DNA from: Marsupella aquatica
Lineage: Eukaryota; Plantae; Marchantiophyta
NCBI GenBank assembly: GCA_973895155.1
Contig: OZ316896.1
Coordinates: 18,402,754-18,466,753 of the forward strand
Reading direction: 5' to 3'
DNA: 64,000 nucleotides
Shown: one piece after another, positions 54,945 to 64,000 of the stretch
How positions within the stretch are numbered: position 1 is the first letter of the stretch
Layout of the letters: every line of letters begins with the position of its first letter
Notes under the pieces: model-generated
Told to the model about the DNA's origin: nothing
The model's input: the letters and a program-made list of their open reading frames with translations, nothing else
Databases searched by the model: none
Made by a program: the position numbers and the translations under genes

Positions 54945-55820
54945 ATGGACCTGATGGGTACGGCTAAGGAAGTGCTATGGGCAGGACTCACCAGAGAAGT
55001 GCTGGCAGAAGTGTTCAGCCGTCTGTGCTTTGAAGACCGACTGGTAACTGTGCCTCTCGTGTGCAAGGACTGGAAGGCCGCCTCTCTGGACCCAGTGTGT
55101 TGGAGAAATGTCGATATGGACAAATGGTATCAGAACAAGGTTGAGGAGCTCTACTGGTGGCAGTATGAGTTCGAGTGCGAGGCCGAGATCGAGTTCTACG
55201 TCAGGAAGGTAGTGGATCGGAGCCGAGGGCAGTTGATGGAGCTGCACACAATGCACTGCTCGGACTCAATCATCGAGCACATCGCCAAGAATTGCACATC
55301 TCTGAAGGTGCTTTCAATTCCCAACAGTCTGTTAGTCACCGACAAGTCTGCTGCCAAGTTGGCTGCCCGGTGCTGTCACTTAGAAAAGTTAGACATTAGC
55401 GATTGCTATAACATTTCCAATCAAGCACTGGAAGCGTTCGGCAAGAGCTGCACGTCTCTGGTTTGGCTAGGCCGGAACATGTTGAACAAGGACCAAGTCT
55501 CATTGGAGACTTCTGGGGTTGAGTCTGGAGGTGACGAGGAGGCCATAGTCATCTCCAAGTATATGTGCAAGCTGAAGCATCTCGAGATGAAAAGGACCAG
55601 CTTGTCAGATCTGGGACTCGCCCATCTGGCTCAAGGATGCAACCAGTTGGAGACCTTGAATCTGGCCTTCTGTAGTTTACTATCACTGAGAGCGCTGGAG
55701 AATGTGTCTAAGCAATGCGTCCATCTAACGGAATTGACCCAGCCCATGACGCAAGGGTTGTCGATTAGCGCAAATGCTAACCACTTTCAATTCACCACAT
55801 ATGGCTGGGGTAAAAGATGA
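54945..55820 (+). CDS. F-box/LRR-repeat protein (FBW2/SKIP1-like), intronless, 291 aa
   Basis: N-terminal F-box WAGLTREVLAEVFSRL...VPLVCKDW...DP.CW; Cys-containing LRRs (CTSLKVLSI, CCHLEKLDISDC, CNQLETLNLAFC). Confidence 0.88.
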   Translation: MDLMGTAKEVLWAGLTREVLAEVFSRLCFEDRLVTVPLVCKDWKAASLDPVCWRNVDMDKWYQNKVEELYWWQYEFECEAEIEFYVRKVVDRSRGQLMELHTMHCSDSIIEHIAKNCTSLKVLSIPNSLLVTDKSAAKLAARCCHLEKLDISDCYNISNQALEAFGKSCTSLVWLGRNMLNKDQVSLETSGVESGGDEEAIVISKYMCKLKHLEMKRTSLSDLGLAHLAQGCNQLETLNLAFCSLLSLRALENVSKQCVHLTELTQPMTQGLSISANANHFQFTTYGWGKR

Positions 55821-56387
55821 CAAGGATAGCCTCGAATTAGGGTAGCCTCGAAAAAGATCATTTTGCAAAGTGTAGAATGTTGGTGCCTGAAAACTTATTC
55901 TTTTGGCAACTTTAAGACCAAACGTTAGGGGTCCAAAGCCCGCAACAAAGGCTATGAATTAACAAATGTTGGCATGATTTTTGTGCGCCATTCGCCAGTT
56001 ATTGTAAATTGATGTGTAGAGTGAAGAACTGTTGAGAATGATCCATCTCGATCCAGGATATAAACACCTGAGTGAGGGTACCAGCCCAATTGTATTTCTA
56101 CTTTAGGTATGCATGAGAGTCAGCAGTTTAGTAAGCTTGAAGCACAGCATGAACTATTTCACACTACAAATGCGAACAAAACCATTGTTCAGGCTGAGCG
56201 GAAATTACAATCTGGCAGAACTTTGAAAACTCTTTATGAGTCAAAAAAACATAATGCACAACAGAAGTTCACGCTGTTCTTGAAGGCAAATATGTGTTTC
56301 TGCTTAATGTTCATGGTCCAACAGGAGAAAGTAACAATTAGCCAGTTTGGGAATGAATGGTGGTGATGCATTTGCCAACCGTCCCCT

Positions 56388-56456
56388 ATGTGCTCACTTC
56401 CCTACTTTGTCTTCCTTCCACCTGTGCTCACTTCCCTACTTTGTCTTCCTTCCACC
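56388..56456. repeat. Two-copy ~35-bp tandem repeat
   Basis: TGTGCTCACTTCCCTACTTTGTCTTCCTTCCACC twice. Confidence 0.8.
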
Positions 56457-56889
56457 TCCGCAGTTCACCACTTTTGCACTTGTCCACTTCCAAAAACACT
56501 TTGCATTGAGTTGAAACTAGCCTGAATAAACTAGCCTGCACCCAGATTAGCCTGCACCCAGATTTCCATGCTGGTCCCGGCTAACAAGCATAGTCTAAGT
56601 ATTAAAATTTGTTGTCACCAGATTTCCATGTTCGTCCCTACTGACAAGTTGTAGTCTAGGTATTATTATTTGTTGTCATGAGGGAAAATTATGGCCTATC
56701 CCTTCACTCTAAAGAGCAGGGCATGAACTGTACACTTTGCTCACAAGAGATGGTGTAAAGTATGATTTCCCTGTTTCTTAGGCATTTGTCTTCTTTTCAT
56801 TTCGACTCAGTATCTACTATTTATTTAGGAAGAAATACCATGCATATGTATGCTTTATACAATGACTAGCTCAATACCCGTGCGTTGCA

Positions 56890-58170
56890 CAAAAGATGTC
56901 GTGACGGCCAAGATGTCGTTGAGAACAAAAGAGGTCATGTCGGCCAAGAGGTTGTTTAGAAGAAAGATGTCGTGTCGCCCAAGAAATTTTTGAGAACAAA
57001 AGATGTCGTGTCGGCCAAGATGTTGATGATAAACAAAATATGTCGTGTCAGCCAAGATGTCGTTGAGAACAAAAGATGTTGTGTCGACCAAGATGTCATG
57101 TCGGCCAAGATTTGGTTGAGAAAAAAGATGTCGTGTCGACCAAGAGGTTGTTGAGAAAAAAGTTGTGTTGGCCAAGAGGTCGTTGAGAAAAACGATGTCG
57201 TGTTGGCCAAGATCTCATTGATAAAAAAGATGTCGTGTGACCGGCCAAGAAATCATTGAGATAAAGGATCTTGTGTTGGCAAAGAAGTCGTTGAGAAAAA
57301 AGATGTCATCTCGGCCAAGACGTCGTTGAGAGAAAATATGTTGTGTCGGGCAAGACATCATTGAGAAAAAAGAGTCGTGTCGGCCAAGACGTCATTGAGA
57401 AAACAGATGTCGTGTTGGCCAAGACGTCATTGAGGAAAAATATCAGTGCATTGCACAAAAGATGTCAATGTCGCCCAAAATGTTGTTATCTGAAAGATGT
57501 CATGAAGTAAAAAGATGTCGTTAAGAAAAAAGAAGTCATTTTGCCAAAGATGTCATTATGTGAAAGATGGCGTTAAGAAAAAGGTGTCATTTTGCCAAAC
57601 TAAGTGATTGTGAAGTAAAAGATGTTATAAATAAAAAGGTGTCGTTTCACCCAATATGTCATTAATATGTGAAAGATGGCTCAATACCCGTGCGTTGCAC
57701 AAAAGATGTCGTTAAGAAAAAATATGTTGTGTTGCCAAAGATGTTGTCATGAAAAAAGGTGATGTTGCCAACAATTTTGTTAAGTAAAAACATGTTGTGT
57801 TGTCAAAGAGTTTTTTAAGAAAAAAGATGTCATGTTGCCAAAGATGTCGTTAAGAAAAAAGATGTCATGTTGCCAAAGAAGTTGTTAATATGTGAAAGAT
57901 GTTGTGAAGTAAAAAGATGTCATTAAGAACTATGATGTCGTGATGCCAAAGATGTCGTGAAGAAAAAATGTTCTTATGTGAAAAATGTTGTGAAGTAAAA
58001 GATGTCGTTGCACCAAAGATGTCTTTATGTCCAAGATGTTGTCAAGTAAAAGATGATGTTTTAAGAAAGATGTTATTAAGTATTTTTTTGTTAAGTACAA
58101 AATGGTCGATAAGTAAAGGGATGTCATTAGACAAAGATGTAAGTTGTGAAGTAAAAGATGTTCTTAAGTA
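56890..58170. repeat. Degenerate minisatellite built on AAGATGTC(G/A)T
   Basis: Dozens of AAAAGATGTCGTGTCGGCCAAGATGTCGTTGAGAA-like units (~35-40 bp) decaying rightwards. Confidence 0.9.
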
Positions 58171-58229
58171 CAATTGAAAATATTGCTAGTAAACCATATT
58201 ATTAAGTAAAAAAAGTTGTTAAGTTGTTG

Positions 58230-58790
58230 CCACTTTTTTGCCACCCCTTGCATCCTGAAGCCCCATTGATAACCCCAAAGTTTTTGTTACTTTAAGCTTT
58301 TTCCTTAAAGTTACCATGGCTGCTTACTTGGCTTTGGCCGCCCCAATGCCGAGCGGGATGCCAAGACCCCTTGGGATAATGGCACGGCTTGGCTGACTTT
58401 TCAACAACTCTTCACTACCCCTTGCATCTTAGAACCCTATTGGGCCCAAAGTTTTGGCTACCTTAGAGTTCTTACTTAAAGTCGCCGCAATAGCTTAATT
58501 GGCATTGGCCGCCCCAATGTCAAGACCCCCTCGGGTAACGGAGCAGCTTGGCTGACTTTTCAACGGCCCTTTCCCTACCCTTGCATATATCTTGGAACCC
58601 CATCAGTAACCCCAATTTTTTTGGTTACTTTAAGCTTAGTTTGCTTAAAGTTGACTGTGACCGCTTACTTGGCTGTGGCCGCCCCAATGCCAATTCCCCT
58701 TGGGGCAACGGCACGACTCAGCCCACTTTTCAACAAAACAATTTGCCTACCCCTTGCATGGAACCCCTTTGGTAACCTCATCCAAGTTTA
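58230..58790. repeat. About 3.5 copies of a diverged ~165-bp tandem repeat
   Basis: Recurrent CCCCTTGCAT...CTTAAAGT...TGGCCGCCCCAATG...ACTTTTCAAC. Confidence 0.75.
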
Positions 58791-60744
58791 CTTTGCTCCT
58801 TACTCGCCAATACCATGCCCCCCTGGGGTGGTGGTGTGGTTTGCAACACTTTCCAACATTGGAGGACCTGCCACCCCCGGACCAACTTTGGTCCAGATAT
58901 TTTGGCCCCCACCCCATGCCTCTTCCTGTGCTAAACAAAGTGGCAAGACATAACAACAACTGAGGGGTTGTTGGGGAGTTGGAACCCGGGGCAAGATTGA
59001 GTTAGGGTTGGGGATGGGACCTTGGGGTCTCGGGTTTCATTCCACCCTGGGATGTTGGGTCTAGTATTTTTTACAACATTATTTTTTTGTTTTTGGCCAG
59101 TGTGACAAATGTCAGCCTCTCAAAGGAAGGAAATGCTAGGAGTATTCTTCAACAATTTTTCTTGAATTATATCTTCTTCATCACATATCCCTAGATTGAC
59201 GTACAATGGTTAGATTTTGGCAAATGGGGTCCATGATTTGGTGGGAGAGTGGCCAATGGTATGCAAAGAATCTAGCAATTTTTTGGCAAAAGTGACGGAA
59301 AAAGTGGTGAACATATTTTGGGGAGGTGGAATTTGGCAAAAGTTTGCACCTAAAAACTAGGTTTGGATGAGGCCAGGGCCAGGGTAGTCTCAGGAGTCAT
59401 CATCCCTTCCTCTTCACTCTCCCTCATCGCTCTCCCTCTTCTAGCTATTGGGTAATGGGTATTGTTCCTCTTCACACTCCCTCTTCTTGCCATTGGGTAG
59501 TTGTTGTTGCTTAAAAGTACTCATTAAATGCCTGGAGCCCTTATAAGCTCACATAGGCTTGGAATAGAGAGCTCCAAACTCCAAAAGGAAAGAAGCTACG
59601 CTCTTCCCTCTCTCTTAAAAGTTGTAAAAGTTGTACTCTATGGTACAACTGTACCTCCTTTTACAGGACCTCTATCCCCTTTGTACCTTGTACTTGGGGC
59701 TCCTAAGAGTAATGAGCTCATATACTGTACCTGAAGGTACAATAGTACCTGTCTTGTGCATCTTTGTGTACTTGTTTTGTGCACACCAAACACTCTACCA
59801 GGTTTTCTCACGTTCCTTTTTTCCCCCCTTATTGGTTCCATATTTACAGGTTTCAATTATTCTCACCCAAAAGGACACTCCAAATTTGAATGACGACCAC
59901 ACCATTTTTTGGCGCAACTGTGTATTATAGTTTAGGATGAGATATACGGAGTCGTTGAAATTTCTAAGCTGGTTACAAGCACACGCAACTATTGTAACAA
60001 ACGGCCAACAAAGTTACACTCAAAGAAGGAGACGAACTCGTCTAAGATAACAAAATCCTCAGACAAGAAAAGGTCATCATAATTTGCAAAAGAAGGCCAA
60101 ACCTACAATGAATGAAAGCAGACCAACACTAAAGAAGAAGCAATTGCAAAACCCAAACTGTTAAAAGAAGATAAGCAAAAAATGAAAGAACTACCACTGC
60201 AATAGTGAGACGCGCTAATGGACCAAGTCTAATGCAAACCACATACAGTGTTGCAATGAAATCTGCAAGTGGTGGGGTGGTGGGGACATGGAAATGTAGT
60301 CAAAATATCCGCAAAGTTTGTAGGAGTGAGGTTAACCGAGGGCTTGTATTGATTGGACATCAGTCTACAAAAGGGGACATCGGTCAAAAAGGACTAGGCA
60401 GCATGCGCTTAAATGCTTAATGCTTTGCACACGTCCAATCAATCAACCAATGTCAAAAGACCTTTTCGACACCTAAAAAGGTGTGTATTGATTTACAAAA
60501 GTTAGGAACAACGTTTTAGACTGATTCCAGCAGCTTTCGACAATCCATGTCAGTGGAGCTGCGGCATCAACAAAGTGAAGAAGAGCTGCAAGAGAAGGAC
60601 AAAACCTAATCCCCGAAAGCTGAAAGGAATCAAAGCCAGAGGCAAATCAAGACTCAGAAGGGCCAAACAGGCTATCATTAGTACACCACTACGAAGACCC
60701 TTCGTTGACCATGAGAAACTACAGTAATTAGGATCACAGTGACG

Positions 60745-60975
60745 ACAAAATGGGGTGTTTCCAAGCTCACCTTCATTGACCACAACAAACTAACTACAGT
60801 AGATCACATTGACAATAGAATGGGGTGCTTTTTATGTAACAAGCTCACCTTCATTGACCACAATAAACTAACAAGATCACCTTGACAATAGAGTGGGGTG
60901 TCTTTTATGTAACAAGCTCACCTTCATTGACCACTATAAACTAACTAGATCACATTGACAATAGAATGGGGTGTT
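60745..60975. repeat. Three-copy ~75-bp tandem repeat
   Basis: CAAGCTCACCTTCATTGACCAC...AGATCACATTGACAATAGAATGGGGTG three times. Confidence 0.8.
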
Positions 60976-62434
60976 TTACATAAACCCACAGTAGCTCAAT
61001 GTTCTTGCACTACAGAATATAGTCCATAGTAAAATGATGTTGAAGAGAAGTGTCCTCTCACGCAAACTGAAATGTCCATGCAATCAAATCCCTGGCAAGT
61101 GAAATTCGAGTGTGCAAGTTGGGAGTCGGGTTAGGCATGGGAAAGGTGCACGGCAGCATTGTTAGGTCCATCTCATGGTTAGTAAATAATCATCACCATA
61201 ATCTAACAGCCAGAGGGCCTTCGACATTTCGTGAAGAGACAGTGAGAAAGACATTTCGTGAAGCGACAGTGAGAAAGAAAGAAGGGGTCTGCATATGATA
61301 ATGTTCTCTGTTAAGGTGTGTCTTCAGGTCCACAACCTCCCTTTATGTGGCAGATACATTAAGCGTCATACTTCTTGTCCCAATTTTATCAACGCCATCT
61401 CAATGCGCACCATTTGTCTACGGCGCAACGGAACCTCCCCTTTTCAGTTAGCATTTGTTTTCAAAAGGGAAGCACAGAGGTACAAACGTTACATCCAATT
61501 CACCACTCTGTATTCTCCAATTTGGCAATAATTGAAGAGAGAAATTGAAATGCATTCTTGTTCACAGCCCTCCATTCGACTTCTTTCCCAATCGATCTTC
61601 CTTCAGCTCTGTGTTGAATGTGCCAAGATTGTCTCTCTCCATCGATACCAATATCCTAGCCTCCTGAAGATCTGCCTCCGTCGCTTCCATTTCGCATGCT
61701 CTACTACAAAGCGCAACCGGTCCTTCTAAATGGGAACACATACTATCGATATGACGATACTCCACAAACTCGAACGGATTGGGTGCTGCTCTCCGAGATC
61801 GAAGTTCAGCCAGGATTACCTATTCCCTCGACGTTGATATTTGCGTGTACGCCCGTTCCAATAGTGCCTCCAGCCAGTCCAGATGCAGCCCCTTCTCTTT
61901 TTCTTTGTTGCCTTGAATGAACATTTGAACATTGTTGTATATCACAGGAGCAAAAACCAAACAAAAACCGGAAATGGCAACCCACATGCACGAACAAGAG
62001 AAATGGGTCCGAAACCAAGCCAGGCGAAGCATGATCGACAATAAACAATCGGGCCAAAGGAAAGACTTGATGCTGACGCAAAACTTAATTGCACTGGTGT
62101 TATTAATAAAGACTGAGCGGTAAGGGTCCTAGGGAGCGATTTAGATGAATGCAGGACCCGTGAGAAGAAACACTTCCGAAACTTACTTTCGTTGTCAGAG
62201 GCATCCTCATGAAAACGTACGTATACTTTACATGTACAATTGCAGATCCCGTGATTGACAATTGGGAAATACTTGTTTCAGAGACGTGGCTAGTACTGTA
62301 GACGACGCAATGGTAGCAATCTAGCTTGTTTGCTCCCGACTGGCTCCACGCCTTGGCCAACTGTAAGGGGCTGCAGTCTGTCCAAAGACGACAGGAACGA
62401 TCCTATGTATGCAAACTTCGGCAAGTCATGGAAG

Positions 62435-63052
62435 CTAGCTGTGGAGAGAATAGGCAGGATCATCTCGAGCTAGCTTCCAGAAAGAAGGCCTAACTGTCAA
62501 ATCCGGCTGGTGGTCTTCGCGAATTTGTCCTAGAAGTTGAATTGAAGATTGGTCGGTCGTATCAAAGCGGGTATTAAAGTCCATAAGCGGCACCCATCCT
62601 CTCCCTTTACCAGGCGCCTGCCTAGACCGTCTCACAAATTTCGCCCTCCACAATCTCCTCCTCCTCACCCCTTTGGCCGTCGTCCTCATCATAAGTCTCG
62701 CGAGGGTGAACTTAAAACGGGGCCTCAGGTCAAAAAAAAAAAAACTAGAGCCAGATGACTTCACTGGACTCTGAACTTGAGGCTCTTTGGCGATCTCTTT
62801 ATACTGATCGGGAATTGGGTACATAATGTAACACTGACCTAGACTTAGACGCTCTTCTGGATCCATTACTTTGATATGACGACGCTCTCCGGGAGCCACA
62901 GCATCATCGGAGCAGTGAATCACCAAGTAATCTGGATGCAGCGCCATCAACATTGCGACCTGAATGCTATAGTCGTACTCCACAATGATTCCATCCGGCC
63001 GAATCAGTCGAGCTGAGTACTTCCCGCCCATGCGTTGCGATGTATTGCCCAT
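62435..63052 (-). CDS. PADRE (DUF4228) domain protein, 205 aa, intronless
   Basis: Starts MGNTSQ (myristoylation-type MGN); ARLIRPDGIIVEY...LMALHPDYLV...PEERLSLGQCYIMYP is the typical DUF4228 pattern; basic C-terminus. Confidence 0.82.
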   Translation of the reverse strand: MGNTSQRMGGKYSARLIRPDGIIVEYDYSIQVAMLMALHPDYLVIHCSDDAVAPGERRHIKVMDPEERLSLGQCYIMYPIPDQYKEIAKEPQVQSPVKSSGSSFFFFDLRPRFKFTLARLMMRTTAKGVRRRRLWRAKFVRRSRQAPGKGRGWVPLMDFNTRFDTTDQSSIQLLGQIREDHQPDLTVRPSFWKLARDDPAYSLHS

Positions 63053-64000
63053 GGTGATGCTAAAACCTGTTCCCAATGTACAAATCCTCCGAAAATAGTC
63101 TTCGCAAAGTGGGTCACTTCTCTCCAAGAGATGGAAATGACTGAGTCAACGAGAAACCTGCTGATCCACCGAACAGACCCCTAACGCTCAGCGTCCTAAT
63201 AGCGATTTGAAATTGGGAAGTTATGCCAGGTGTTGCGAGTGAAACGACCCAAGAGACGCGCAGCTTCCAATTTCTTCTAATGTTTCGGACACAGTCGATA
63301 CAAGCCCGCCCAGCAATGGTTCGATGGAGATAACTCCCTTTTCTGTTGCAGTCCGGTATAGGGCTTCACACTTACGATCCACGAGATGCCACCCGCGTAC
63401 GTCTAAGTTCAAAAGAAAACAATGGTCAAATCAACAAATTTGCAAAAGTACGCACTCCAGGATTACATCTGCATTGACCAGTTTAGCCAAAGTCCACCTG
63501 ACCGATATGACGAGTACACTACAATCAAAGCACTCTTTAAGACTGATTTACTGTCAGAGCCCGAGCCGGATAGCCAATTTCTGTCAAGAAGACGTGTGCA
63601 GAACACGGAATGCTAATTCAAGCGGTAGCGATACTGAGGAATGCCTACAAATGAACGACCCAGTTCAGAAGCTCAGATGTATACTCCTCTCCTTTGAATG
63701 AACAGCCTCGACAGTAAACAAACATGTCTATCAAAGCGCGCTTGCAAAGAAAAAAGTGGAGTGACAGGAATCTGAACGGCCTACCATGAATACCAATCAA
63801 ATTCGAGTGGCCCTGTCTAGACCTACCTTTCCAACCGTCCTTTGCAATGACCGAATGGTGCCACGTAGAATATGAACGACTGCAGCGCGTATGCGTATTA
63901 ATTTGATGAATGGCCCAGTCCGCTTCGACGTACCGGGGATTCACCTTCGTCAGCCCAATCGTCCTTTCGAAGCGAGAATAGTGCAAGGCACAGAATCAGG

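Larger units (their letters stand above)
56866..59942 (-). mobile_element. Probable non-autonomous Helitron (~3.1 kb)
   Basis: Minus-strand 3' end GTGCAACGCACGGGTATTGAG-CTAG|T (hairpin plus CTAG, host T at 56865). Candidate 5' end A|TC at 59937 (TCCTAAACTATAATA) or 59942. The interior is tandem repeats. The 5' end is tentative. Confidence 0.6.

Noticed and set aside
56855-58177. ORFs within the AAGATGTC array
   Set aside because: Translations of a minisatellite.
63221-63986. Short ORFs at the right edge
   Set aside because: No recognisable domains; likely the upstream region of the PADRE gene.

Overview
Eukaryotic plant DNA. The accessory-protein family, the Sola-like transposase and the intronless F-box and PADRE genes suggest a bryophyte, but that is inference. 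About 45 kb (2843-48067) is a head-to-tail array of three near-identical copies (period 12,175 bp) of a Ty3/gypsy non-chromovirus, Athila-like LTR retrotransposon (family A). The copies share LTRs and the array is truncated on the left. A related, apparently very young 13.2-kb element (family B, 8612-21822; 1,391-bp LTRs, GAGAG TSD) is nested in the first copy. Both families are unusually gene-rich: small ORFs between the PBS and gag, a gag-protease ORF separated from RT-RH-INT by one in-frame TGA (followed by the CAA-TTA readthrough motif in B), and a large accessory ORF after pol. B also has a second protease-like ORF. In A the LTR appears to start at the PPT right after pol, giving a ~4.1-kb LTR that contains the 804-aa accessory gene. 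The two LTR families share covarying RNA stems, and each has its own short-repeat signature placed three times. The array sits in a frameshifted Sola-like DNA transposase gene (48068-51202). Beyond it lie an F-box/LRR gene, a probable non-autonomous Helitron and a PADRE/DUF4228 gene. All comparisons were made by eye; no database searches were run.
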